Below are positions 38,576-51,760 of a DNA stretch of 64,000 bases, piece after piece (position 1 is the stretch's first letter; each line of letters starts with the position of its first letter). A model generated the notes under the pieces. That model was not told where the DNA came from. It made no database searches and was given only the letters and a program-made list of their open reading frames with translations. The DNA comes from Octopus vulgaris (Eukaryota): contig OX597816.1 of the NCBI GenBank assembly GCA_951406725.2, forward strand, positions 154,070,001 to 154,134,000, given 5' to 3'. Position numbers and translations under genes: made by a program.

Positions 38576-38593
38576 TATTTATTCATTTATATA

Positions 38594-39845
38594 TGGTGGC
38601 ACATAAAAAGCACCCACTACACTCTCAGAGTGGTTGGTGTTAGGAAGGGCATCCAGCTGTAGAAACATTGCCAGATCAGATTGGAGCTTGGTGCAGCTGC
38701 TGGCTCTCCAGACCTTAGTCAAACTGTCCAACCCATGCCAGCATGGAAAATGGATGTTAAATGATGCTGATAATGATAATATTAGCAAGACTGGAAAGAA
38801 ATGAAGCACGCATACTCTGTTGGATGTGCAATGTGAGCGTACATTAAAGAATAAGTGCTGAGTGAAAAACTGGGTATAAGAGAATTCAGAAGTTGTGTTC
38901 AAGGAAGAAGACTGTGCTGGTATGGACATGTGATGTGCATGGATGCGGACAGCTGTATAAGGAAGTGCTGATCACTTAATGTGGCTGGAACCTGCTGAAG
39001 ATGAAGACATGCAATGAAGTGGTGAAAGCTGGCCTTGAGACCTTCAGTCTGATGGATGAGATGACAAAGGACCAAGATCTCTGACAATATGAGGTTGTCA
39101 AAAAGGCTTACCCTTCTCAGCAAAACTAGGTTCTGGAAGTTCTGTTTTAGTTTCACCGCTTGTTACAATAGAGCTCCACCTCCTCATGCATTATGCCTAC
39201 CTCTTCTCAATCTGCCCTGGCTCCATAGACTATCCAACCATATCATATCTTTCTTGTCCTTCTCCCACCCCAACAACTGTATCGTCTTTACTATTTTACT
39301 ATTCCTGCTACTTACCACTCCCACTTTTCCTCAGATCATGGTTCATATTTCATCCACTCTTCAGCCCTACCCATTTTGGCAATCTGCCTCCCCACCCCTG
39401 ATTCACCTTTCCATACACCCACTTCTATTCAGTGTGTGCCTTGTGGGGCCAACTGGGCACCTTATTACCATTACCTATGTCTTGCAGCTCCTATTGATCA
39501 TTTTTTGTTTCTCTCCCCACCTTTTTCCCAGCTAGATGTGGAGTAGCCATGCAAATTCTTCTGCAGGTACCTGCTTTGCCTCACCTCTTGTAGTAATCCC
39601 CGTTGTTCCTTATCATGAAGCTGGCCCTCCATCTCCCCATGGCAACCTCAATGATGCAGGTGACATGAAAAAGTAACTAGTCCACACTGTGAAGTGGTTG
39701 ATATTAGAAAAGACATCTTGCTATAAAAACTATGCCAATGCAAACACTGGAGCTTAATGCAGTCTTTGGACACACTGGATCCTGTCAAACTCACCAACCC
39801 ATTCCAGCATGGAACGTGGACATTAAATGATGATGATGAAGATGA
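38594..39845 (+). mobile_element. (GAT)n-tailed retroposon end (38594-38770) followed by another RTE 3' remnant
   Basis: Same 3' motifs; WYGHVM C-terminal coding remnant at about 38780-39120; CT-rich UTR; GAT tail. Confidence 0.65.
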
Positions 39846-42800
39846 TATATGCGTGTGTGTGTGTATAGTATATGCATATATATATATTTATATATGAATG
39901 GAACTTATATAGTAGGTGCATGGGAATTGAACCACATGTCTGCATAGATAGGATAGCCATGACACCTCTACATCAGAGATACTTGTCAACTGTCAACCAT
40001 AAAATTAGAAGTAGTTACCTTTGATAACATCATCCACTGTCTATTAAAATGTTTTTACTCAATATAAAACCTTTATGTGTGGCTACATTTACATTTGAAT
40101 TATTTCTCAAAAAGATTTACTTTAAAATGTTTTAATGATTCAAAATACAACCCAAAAAATATAATTTTTTTTCACTAAACTTGTAATTCAATGTTTAAAA
40201 GTTGACAAGCCTCTTTGATGTATGGATAACATTGCCATCCGGTCTTTTGCAGATGTATGGTGCAATTTTCCAAATAGATATTGCAAACATAAATGCTTAC
40301 AACTCGTTTTAATGCTTCCTCAAAATATTAGACACAGCTTGGTAAGTGGATGATATTGCACTACACCCACCAGAACTACTCCAAATCTACATTAATTTGC
40401 AAGAAACCTGACATCAGACAACAAATTTGAAGCACCACTTATTAAATCTACCATTTTCTCTCGTACAAATGACATTGGAAACAATCAAGCATTATAGATA
40501 AAATTATAACTATACCAAACACACACACTCACATACATAAAAGACAATCATATTAGAAGCTACATATAACATAACAACATCTACAATACACATAAACAAC
40601 ATCTATAATATAATGGAGAAAGTGCTTATTAATTAATTGAAATTATGAAACTTTTACTAAAAGAAAGCAATCATTAAAGTCTCCATTGTCTAGAAAATAC
40701 TTGAAAATTCCAATTTTAATATATTTTTTTATCAAAATGTAGTTTCCAAGTTTCTTTTTATCTAAATGATTAGTCTTAATTCAATGTAAGATAGTGCTTT
40801 TTAAAATCTTATACTGTGAGATAGCCTTTTTTTTAAATCATAAAGTCTTCTTTTTCCCTTTCCACTTCTTTGTTTATATATTTCCAATAGTCAATTCCTT
40901 TGCTGAAACCACTACTGTTCATACTGCTGTAGTTTATATGATAAACAGGATTTAAAAAAATATCATTTCCCATCTCTGCACATCTGCAGTTGTGTGTTTA
41001 TATAGGTTATTAATACTGAAATGAACAAATAAATATGGTGGCAAAAAAAAAAATGAGTTATACAGTTACACGTTTGAACCAACAGTAAGTTTTTTTAATA
41101 TTATTTTTTCTCCCGTACATCCCCCCTACATTTTTATGATGTCTTTAAAAAAAATACTTTGATACCAGAGATTCTGAGTCTGCAATTTTTAACAATAAAA
41201 ACAATTTTTTAAAAATGTGTTTCATTTGTATTTGAAGTATATAAATATATATTTTGTTTGCATTAAGAAACATTTGTTTGTTTTACTTTCTGATAATTTA
41301 AAAGTGTTATATTTTAGTTCAAATTTATTAAAGATAAAATGTAATTACAAATACAATTATAGATTTCAAATGGAATTGAAATACATATCATACAAAACAA
41401 AATATATCAATACACTTTAAATGTGATGGAAATATATGTATATAGAAAACAGAATATATTCATACATAATTAAAAGCACCTAGTCTACATTGTAAAGTGG
41501 TTGGTGTTCAGAAAGGTATCCAGCTGTAAAAACCTTGCCTGTGCTTGTGCCATATAAAAAGCACTAAGTCCCCTCTGCTGAGTGGTTGGTGTTAGAAAGG
41601 GTATCCAGCTGTAAAAATCCTGCCAAAACAGTCACAGAAGTCTGGTGCTGGCTTCCATGCTAGCATGGAAGATGGACATTGAATGATGATGATGATAAAT
41701 TGTTATACAAAAAATATATCTGTCCAACCCATGCAAGCGTAGAACATAAGCATTAAGTGATGATGATGAGGATATTTTGAATGCAAGTTTTTCAATTTCA
41801 ACCAAGTGGCTGCTCCAAACTCTTTCTCTATGATTTATACATGTGTATCTAGCACATACACACAAGCAGAAAACACATTTTATTTGCCAACAAGGCAATG
41901 GACATTTAGGGGAATGATATGAGGGGGTAATCTGAAGCCGTAGAGGGTAGGATGAAATCAGTTTCAAGATACAGAGAGGGCAGTCTTTTTGTTAGTAGTA
42001 AAGAATGTAAAGCAACATTTATACTTTTAGCACTCACAGGTACTGCAAGTCTTCAGTGCTGCATGAAGGGTAGATGGCATTACTTATATATAGATGATAG
42101 CATAGTTGATTGAAACAACAGGGCATGAGCATGTCAAGAAGTTAATACTTTATATCCAGTCACCATATTTACATTACATGTAATGACAAGACACTTAACT
42201 TTCAATGTCCACCTGGCTGTAAATAAGTAAGGAAGAGTAAGAACAACACACCGCTGTAACAAGGAGCAGCAATTATATAATAGAAAATATTTTGTTAACT
42301 TGAATGGTTTGTGTTTAGCTCTTTCCATAGACCCTAGAGAAGACAATGAAGAAGAAAAGCAAAACTATTAGTCATCCTGATATCAGAGTTGGCATGTCTT
42401 GTCATTGATTTTGAACTTTGGTTTTGACTACAGGCTGCATAAGATAATTATTGTATAACAAGCTAAATCTTAGAGATGTCTCAAGTGTGTTTGCCAAGAG
42501 ATAGATCTACAGCTGTGTATTTACTTAAGAAGACATGTCTGAACAAAGAGCTGTCATTTTCCATTTATCATACCCAGACAACGGAATATACATTTACAGT
42601 TGAAACCAATATAGATAATATTAAAAAATCATAGCTTGCAAAAATGTTTCAACCTCAATCACAAATGCATTTATGGTAACATATGTACTTATTCACTCAG
42701 CTGTTTATTAATACAGCTGAATTGTGAAGATAGATATTCTAATAATAACAATTAGCTTCTAATTCTATTTCTGTTGAAAGGTAATTATTTTCATGGGATT

Positions 42801-43786
42801 GATGTCAACTATGGCCAGGTTTGGACCCAAAATATTGTGAGATGAAACTAAATACTGAAAAAGCATTTAGTCTGGGGCTTAATTATTTCCTTTATTCCAC
42901 TGTCTTCAAGCATATGAGTAATAATTTCTTACATTAACACACAAAGTTTTAAATCTCAGTATTTGACTAGAACTTGTTTTATCAACCATCAGAAAAATAA
43001 AAAGCAACCTCTGTGTTTTTTTTAGTACAAAAAATTAAACCAGTCCATAATACAATATTTCTCCATGCATTTTGATCCAGTGACATCATTTTTAGATCTG
43101 ACATAATAAATTCTTCTTCTGCAGCTAGTCTCTATCATCAACTTAAAATCCCTTTTTTTTTACATCTGGATTTATCATAATTTTATATTTTCATAACCAT
43201 CATTCCAGCACAAAGTATTTAATATTAACCAACCTTTAAAAGTGCTAGAGTAAATTTGAAGAGATAAAATGATTAGATTTTGAAAATCTTTAATGGAAAA
43301 TCAACATTAATAGACTAAAACTAAAAGAAGCCCAAAATATGTATCTATGTGTGTGTGTGTGCATGCGTACATGCGTGCGTGCATGCATGCGTGTGTGTGT
43401 TCCTTTGTATTGACATTGTGTGATTGTTGTAAATGAACATCATTCATTTTCAATATTCTGAGAAAACATGTCTGGCCATGGGGAAATATTACTTTGCTTG
43501 GAAATAGGAAATAGTTGGCAACAGGAAGAGCATCTGGTTGCAGAAAATCTACTTCAATAAACTCCATCTGACCCATGCAAGCATGGAAAAGTAGATGTTT
43601 AAATGATGATGAAATATGTAGTCAATTTGCAGCTATCAATTTGGGTGAATCAAAGGAATACATCAACCAGTTGATATTTACATAAATTAGAAAATAATGA
43701 ATATAATTCAGGAAAAATTTAATTAATTTTTAATTTTGGTAAACTTACATTTGATGTTCATAGAAATATGATACTGAGTTTGGAAC

Positions 43787-44494
43787 TTATAAAGAATTTT
43801 TTTCATCTTTATTTTGATAGTAACCAGTTTTGGTAGAAGCAGTTATTATAAATGGTTCATAAAATGAACTAACAAACTCCTTTGGGAATTCCATTGGATT
43901 CAAAATGGAACAGAGTTCCAAGAAACGATGATCTGTGAGTAATTTTTCTTGCTTAAGGAAATCTTTACTAAGCCTATTTTTAAAAAAATTATGTTTTCTT
44001 TCTTGGCCTGCATTGATATTTCTTATGAAATTACATTTTAAACTGGGTAATTCTTTTCTTCTGTTTTGTAGAGGGAAAATTGGTGAATACTCATCACATT
44101 TCAAATCATTTTCTATTCTTTGGAAGCTCTTCAAGCTAACATGTGAATTAGGAACATATTTATTTGTGAAACTTGAGTCCTTGTTCAACAAGCTAATTTT
44201 TTTTATATTTTGTTCATCTTTTTCTTTCCATTTAAGGAATTTGTTTTCTTGCTGCCTTAGAAAGTGTGTATGAACATTTTTTCTAGCATTAAATTGCTGC
44301 TTCTGAAGAGTTTCTAAGAAGAGCAAATGGTTTCTGAACTTCCCCTCATTATTTGGGTTTTTAAACAAAATGACTTGTTTCAAATTTGTTTTAGGAAGGA
44401 AATGTCTTGCACAAAACAACTGCTGGATTCTCATGTCTGTTTTACATATATCACTAAAATATTTTCCCCTATTTTGTTTTTCAGAATTTGCCAT
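43787..44494 (-). CDS. Uncharacterised basic 235-aa protein, single coding exon
   Basis: 708-nt ORF in very AT-rich DNA; ATG preceded by an in-frame TAA; acceptor TTCATTCAG at 44517 and upstream donor GTGAGT at 44790 imply a 5'UTR intron; no transposon motifs seen. Confidence 0.65.
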   Translation of the reverse strand: MANSEKQNRGKYFSDICKTDMRIQQLFCARHFLPKTNLKQVILFKNPNNEGKFRNHLLFLETLQKQQFNARKNVHTHFLRQQENKFLKWKEKDEQNIKKISLLNKDSSFTNKYVPNSHVSLKSFQRIENDLKCDEYSPIFPLQNRRKELPSLKCNFIRNINAGQERKHNFFKNRLSKDFLKQEKLLTDHRFLELCSILNPMEFPKEFVSSFYEPFIITASTKTGYYQNKDEKNSL

Positions 44495-45404
44495 TCTTTA
44501 TCTCTGAATATGATATCTGAATGAAAGAATAGAGGAATTATTTTGAAATGCTGCTTATAATTTCTATGGCTTAAATTAATTATTTCATTTCATCAACTAA
44601 TACAAAAATCAGTTATTATCACAATCAAATAATCAATCAATATACATTTATCCCCTGGAAATATAATTAACATAGTCAAAATGCATCCACGGATGTTTGC
44701 CTTTATAATATAGATTACAAGAATAATCTGTTAATTTTACAAAAATAAAGCTAAAAAAGATTTAAAACTGATTAGTTAATATAAACTCACCAAATTTTTC
44801 TTTAAACTCAGAAGATGTAATTTGAATCCTAGAGACACAATATTCTTGTTTTAACCAGGCTGAGCCAAATAGATAGGAAATACTTTTCAAAGATAAGAAA
44901 TGCTTTTTCTTTCTTTTAAATTTTTTTCAGTATCTCTTTATCTTCAACAATTCAGTTTGACAAAACTATTTCTTTTCTATCATCTCTTTTCTGTTTTCAC
45001 AATGCACTTTGTTACAAGAAAGGGAAAATTCAGATTAAAGTAAAATATTCAAGCAAGGAAACATTGATATGCTACAACAAACAGGTCGATTTCAGTAGTT
45101 CTGTTAGCATTTCATTAAATTAATTACTTGAGAAAAAATTTAGAACTAATACATAGGCTACAGATCAAGATCATGTGCTATCTTGTTTTGAAAAATAAAA
45201 AAATAAAAAATGAAAGCAGTTAGCTGTTGTTAAAAATCGGGCCTTTGCTACACAGTTAGAGTTTAATATTTAATGAGCAGGTCAGCATTGTGAAAGTATT
45301 TTGCTGATAAATAGATTCTAATTCTTCAAACTATGAAAAAGCTTATGCATTTCAATTACACCTTTCTTTTTCCTTTAATAATTAGAATTGCATCTAATAT
45401 ATGA

Positions 45405-45700
45405 GAGTTAGCTGAAAAGTTCATAGGCTGACCATGATACACTCATGGAATGCGACTAAATGAGGTTTATTTTTCAATACACTCATGGAATGCGACTAAA
45501 TGAGGTTTATTTTTCAACACAATTCCCCTTGTGGTTCACACACTTCTTTCATCTGTGTCACAGTGCTTGGATCCCATTGGTGAAGAAGCTTTCATCCTGT
45601 TGGTCAAAGTCATCAACAGCAGACATGACATCATCATCACTGCAATACTGGTTCCCAGCCAAGTATCATGTTAGGGAACATGATAGTCAGATGGGACCAA
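45405..45700 (-). mobile_element. Mariner-derived non-autonomous remnant containing a perfect 40-bp tandem duplication
   Basis: TIR-like GAGAGTTAGCTGAAAAGTTCATAGGCTGACC; duplication at 45437-45476 and 45477-45516. Confidence 0.55.
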
Positions 45701-45819
45701 ACATATGTCAACTACTGACAGGATCCTGTGTACTCATTGAAGACAGGCAAGGTATTTTATTTGGTGGATAGGCTCTGGAGTATTTTGGAGCTGTGAAGTA
45801 TACCTCCCTGACTGGTTGG

Positions 45820-46760
45820 GCTGAGGGTGACTTTGTATATTGGAACAGACAGCACAGTTCAGATTTAGGGATCAACATTTGACTCTTTCCTAGTTAGATC
45901 TGGAGTCTGTCAGGATTATGTTTTAGCTCCTGCTCTGTTTAGCGCCAGCATGGATTGGATACTTGGCCGGATAGTGGCTCAGTTGAGTTGTAGAGCGCTC
46001 ATTACAGGTCTGGATTTTGCTGATGATGCAGTTATTCTTGCTGAGTCTTTGGATGTCTTAAGGAGTGCTCTCCCTCCACTAAGTGAGGAAGCATAACCAC
46101 TTGGCTTTAGAGTTTCTTGGTTCAAAACAAAGATGTCTTTTGTTGGCTTCCCAGAGGACTCCATCTCACTTGACTCTGTTGCAAGTGAGAATGTTGACTG
46201 CTTCACTTACCTTAGCAGCATTAACTGTGACCCTGAAGTCTTAAAAGACTCGAGTGTGCTGGTGCAATTGTGGACTCACTGGACAAGGGTGTTTGGCACT
46301 GTTGATATCTGACCAAGAGGACAAAGATTTGGGTCTTCAAGTCTATGGTCCTTCTCATTTTGCTCAACAGTTGTGAGACTTGGACACTATGCATTGCCTT
46401 TCGAGGCCACCTGAATGGCTTTGATATCAGGAAAGTTTACAGAATTATGGGCTGCCATTGGTCAGATTTCATATCCAACTAATGACTATACTCAGAAAAT
46501 GAGATACATCCTGCTACTTGTATGATTTGAGAGTGTCAACTTCAGCTGCTTGGTCTTGTTGCTTGATATTCCAAGCTGGATCCTGTATACCATGTTTACT
46601 TCTCTGATGATCTAGCTGGGGCAACAGCTCATGTTGGTTGCCACATCCTTCATGGACACAGAGTATGAAGAAGTATATCATGGAGATGGGAACTGACTTG
46701 GAGGATTACCCAAGCAGATACTGAATAATGGCAGATGCAGTGACATGTTGCAACCATCTT
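45820..46760 (+). mobile_element. RTE LINE RT fragment
   Basis: SGVCQDYVLAPALF, LDFADDAV, GFRVSWFKTK, CETWTL. Confidence 0.8.
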
Positions 46761-46779
46761 CTCTACCTACAATTCCTAG

Positions 46780-47865
46780 GAAGGTCTGGGGGTAGACTCC
46801 TCAAGTACTTCCTCTGTAGGGTTCTGTCAGAAGCAACTGTTATTATACTTTCTGAATGGATCCTAAGTATGACTAAGTCTAAGGATATTACCCAATCATC
46901 TCATTCTTGGTTTACCCCTAGGTCACATGCTGATTGGCTCAGATTGAAGAAGCCATCCTGCAAATCTTTTCTTTGACATTCTAATTGCATGACTGTAGTA
47001 CTGCAGCTGCAACCTCTCAATGTAAAGTAGTGGATCAACCTAGTGAGACTCCCTGATTTCTGAGCCATGCACCCTGTCAAGTAATGTTACTCCTGAGATC
47101 CTCTGAAAGAACCCCATTTCAGCCACTTGTATTTTTAATAGTACTCTTTTGGTCATTATCCAACATTTATGACCATAGGTGAGGATAGGCTTGGAAACCA
47201 AATTAAAGATAGTAGTTTGGCTTTTTTTTTTACTAAACTTTCCTCTTCTGAAGGCTGAATGCTGGAGTGGTGCATTACTGCATCAGTACCTAGCATTCAG
47301 TTCAGCCTCCTATCTTCTGTCACTCATGAATACGGTTCTGAGACACTTAAACTTCTCCACTTATCTCAGTGATGTTTCACTAACATGCAGAGTGCACTGG
47401 GAAGACTTTCTTGAAAGGACCAATGTTTCAGTCTTTACATCAATAATTCTTATCCCTGCCTTGGAGAACTCAGCAGTAAACCCAATCAGTGTATGCTAGA
47501 GATCATCTCTCAATGAGGTAGCACCAAGTCATCAGCAAGTATCAACCTATCCTTCAACCACCCACACATTGAGATACTGTCTTCACAAAGGCTGTGCATG
47601 TCAGTTTTCAAAAAAATTACATAAAGGAGAGGTGATAATTCACACCTTTGCCAAAGTCCGACACTCACATTGAAAGGTTTTGACTTAGCATCATTTATCT
47701 GAACACAAATATCTATAGAGACATATATAGGATCTGTATGGCAATCAGAAGTTGCTCAATAATCCCAAACTCCAGCAAAACCCTCTGTAGTATGTCCTGC
47801 TGCACTCAATCATGTCTTTTTGAGATCTACAAAGCAAGCATACATCTCTTGGTAATATTCCCACT
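46780..47865 (-). mobile_element. RTE LINE RT fragment convergent with the previous one
   Basis: WEYYQEMYACFVDLKK, LADDLV, VEKFKCL motifs on the minus strand. Confidence 0.75.
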
Positions 47866-49502
47866 TTAACATATTTAATGCAAGAAATATTAAAAATCTA
47901 ACTAGAAATATATTTTGAAGAGCAAAATAATACTAATCAATAAATGATACGATTTTCAATTTTTCAGCTAGCATGGAAGACAACACTGGAATGTTTCAGG
48001 GTTATTCTGACTTTCAGCAAAACATAGCTTTCACTATGCCAAAGAAATGACAAATGGTTCATTATGTAAATATATCAAATTGTACATGTATTAGCGAAAC
48101 GTGTTCAAGCCTGTCATACTGGAAATTTTAAAACATCAGTCATTGTCTAATATTGTTTTCATTGCATATTTTTAGTTAGCATTTTAATATTCCTTATTCA
48201 ATATATTAACATTAACTGTTATGATTAGAGCTGCTTTACAATAAAATAGTTATGTCTCTTACATCTGGACCATATAAGGTTTGAACCAGAAATTGTGATC
48301 TTTGTTAGATTACCATATATATGTTAGGATGATTGTCCAGACAATCTGATATTTGTTCTGCAGCAATGAATCACAATCCATAGGTGTAGCACTTCTGTAT
48401 TATTAAGTGGATAGGAGATAAATCTTAATCAGCTTAGGACTCTGGCCAATGGCAGACTGTTTTTCCCACCAGAGGATCTGATTTCAGTAATAAAAACCAA
48501 GATCATCCACAGCATTGCTGTTGCTGTTAGTAGTAGTCAATTATACCACTTATGGTACCTCTTTCCAGCTGGGTAGACTCAGCTACTAAATGATTTGTGT
48601 TTTGGACTAAGCCATGATGCAATATCAGTGCTAAGATTGGAATCACTAACCCTTTTTTAGCATGGTTATCCAACTGCATTCTCATAATTTAATATTTAGT
48701 TTTGTCCCTCTAAGTTCTGAGCTCAAACCTTGCTGAGGTTAACTGCAAGGGTGATAAAATAAGTATTAGTAATGTACTGACATTAAATAAAATAATCTGT
48801 ATCCACATTGTGCAAAATATTACGAGAAATTTATTGTTATTATTATTATAGTAGTTTTCATTTGGACTTGTTTAGCCAGCTTTTTATTGATTTAAAGTAT
48901 CCTATATGATGGATGCTTCACCAAGAAAAGTTTTAAAGAAACTTTCAATGGAATAAAAGATGGTATCTTTCATCTTTATAGAAAGATATTCCTTAGAATC
49001 ATAGAATTGCAAAGAAGAGTAAAATATTGAGATATTTTTATATGTTACTGATACAACCACATTTATTGAATAAAAAATTAATACAACAAGCTTTTCATTT
49101 CCGGAGAATTTTCATGATCAAAATAGTAAAATACATTTTAGAAAATATTTTAAATAATGCAAGGTTCAAATAGATAGCTCTACAATTAAAAAAAAGAATG
49201 ATTGATATAGAATCATGCATAAATTTGAGATCATCTAATTTCTTTCCCAACAAATTTTGGAAACTGGCAAATTTTTAATTCTATTTTCTAAACATTCACA
49301 TCACCTGTCAAGAGCATTACAGGATATTGAACAATCAAAAAATAGAATGATAATTATAAAATTTATAATCTACATTTTAATATTCACAATGGCCAAATCC
49401 AGCTGCTAGGAAAACAGTACAATTTCTTCAAACTTCCACTTGAAATATTAGGATTTTTCTCATCACAGAACAAAATACTTTACTCTTACTAATGTTTACT
49501 CA

Positions 49503-49713
49503 TATCTTTAACATTTAAACTGGCCCAGATAGTCTACCTGTTTTATGTTCAAACCAGCCAAATCCAGTTTCTCACACCTATCCTGCATGTCATTCTAAAG
49601 ATAAGCAACCACATCAATATTTCAAAGCTACAAGATAATGCATGATCAATCATAAACAGTGTGATTAAATAAGCATTACATTTGATAGAATAATCTGAAT
49701 ACTAAATGTTTAA
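49503..49713. mobile_element. MITE, same family as 53168-53361
   Basis: Shared internal sequence (CATCAA...AAAGCTACAAGATAATGCATGAT...AAATAAGCATTACATTTGA). Confidence 0.55.
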
Positions 49714-50999
49714 ATTCAAGTATCTAAGTTTTTTCTTTGCAAATCTCACAAGAAAATAAAAATCTTTATTTTACCATTGTGCCATTTATAAGCATGCATC
49801 ACAATATCTCCAACACTATTAGATATATAAAAACCTTAAAGGGTTCAATTATAGTGCTACAAAAATAATGTATGACTTCACAATGGTAAAAATTAATTTT
49901 TCTCTAACCAAGTATGTCATGCTTTATTTTTTTGATTTTCAAACATAAGGTAAGCTATACTATTGTTGCTCAACACAAAGTAGGCTTAACTAGCCGCACC
50001 CATTATACTGAACAATAAGTCATATCAGGTGTGATATTTTGAAAACTTTTGTACCCTAACAGAAGATGAAGACTATTCAGCTACATAGTTGTTTTAGCAA
50101 AGACACACATCATAAAATTGAAGACCAATCAAAGCAACTGGGAAGAGAGATTCCTGGGGCATTATGGTACAATGCATCACAGCTATGGCTGCATTAAGAA
50201 GATATTCTTTTGATTACTTGCAGATCATACAATGAGAAAAAAGCTAAAGCTCAAAAGCCATTGAACTGATAAAACATTTCCTACTGTGCTTCCATAACTT
50301 TGGAAGGAATTTAAATAGTTTTGCTTTGTTTTACTTTTGCCAGTGTGTGATAATATTTTGTGTTTTGTTGGGGTTGATGAGGTGTATAGACTGCTGGATG
50401 GTGGAGGAATTTGTTTGCGATGTATGAGCAGGTATTATTATGACAAAATGGATTGAAGGAAGTAAAATAAGACGTAAGAGATTGTTGAAATTTTAGGAAG
50501 GGACATTTGATCACATTATCTATCAGTGTGCATGCTCTTTTAGAGGCATGTCTCTTAAAGTGTGTGTGTGTTTGTACGTGTGATTCTATATGTTAGTATA
50601 TGTGTATGACTAACCAGATAGGTATGAATGTGTGTATGGTTTCATCATATTCATGTGCATGTTTTCTGTGATTTGCACATGTGTGCTTGTGTGTATCAAT
50701 TTATATGTGGGTATGAGTGTGAATTTTTTTGTGTTGACATGTATATGGTCTTATGTGTTTTATTCATGTGGGCATTTGTAAATGATCAGACAACACATCT
50801 GTGCACATATGTGTGTAAATGGATTATAAATTGGTGAGTTTGAATAATGGGGAGAAAAAGAAACATGTGTTAATGTTTGGGTTGGTATGAACATGTGATG
50901 CATATGGATGATAACAGCTGCATCAAAAAGTTCCCAAATTAGTTCTGGAGTGTGCCAAAAGGTAGCAACACCTGGTTGCATGCACAGCAAGAGCTAGCA

Positions 51000-51760
51000 G
51001 TGACCTTCATGAGGTAGAGTACTGAGTGGCATTGCTGTGTTTACTTCGCAAGTTGTGAAATTTGTGGTTTTGTGATCATGTGTATGTTGTAGTCTATGAT
51101 TTTGTCATCAACAGGAACAAAGAGCCAATGTGAAATTTTGCATTAACGCAGGAAATCTGCTACAGAGAGACATTGAGCATACATTGGCAATCTTATGGTG
51201 ATGGGGCAATCATATGCAATGTTTCAAATGACATGAGCACTTCAAAAGCAGAACATCCATGGAAAATGATGAGTGATCTAGAAGATCAGCCATGAGTGTC
51301 ACCCCTGGAAATATGGTATCGCATCAAGAATTCTTCCCATAGAGCCAGACTGTCAATTCAGAGTTCTACTGCAACATTTTGAAGTATTTGAGGAAGGACA
51401 TTTGGCAAAGTGACTGGATCTGTGGAGCACAAAGAATTGGATTCTTCATGACAATAATGCACCCTATCATTGAGCTCTCCTCACTCATGAGTTTCTTGCC
51501 AAAAACATGGTATCACTTCCACACCCACCCTATTTGCCAGATTTAGCACTTGCAGATTTCCATCTTTTCCCCAAGATGAAAATGCAATTCAAAGGTCACT
51601 GTTTTAACACTGTTGTCAAGATCCAGAATGAGTCGCAGAAGGTCCTCAACTCGGTTATGGAAAAAGACTTCCTGGCCAGATTCCAAAAGTGGCAGGAATG
51701 CTGGGACCAGTGTAGTGCACCACAAGGTGATTTTTTTGAAGATGATGATGTTAAAACTTA
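51000..51760 (+). mobile_element. Mariner transposase remnant, internally deleted
   Basis: ILHDNNAP and LPHPPYLPDLALADFHLFPKMK (YSPDLAP.D motif). Confidence 0.85.

Noticed and set aside
39089-39535. 148-aa hydrophobic, Pro-rich ORF
   Set aside because: It lies in the CT-rich LINE 3'UTR, where low complexity depletes stop codons.
43935-44273. 112-aa plus-strand ORF
   Set aside because: It is the antisense shadow of the 235-aa ORF.
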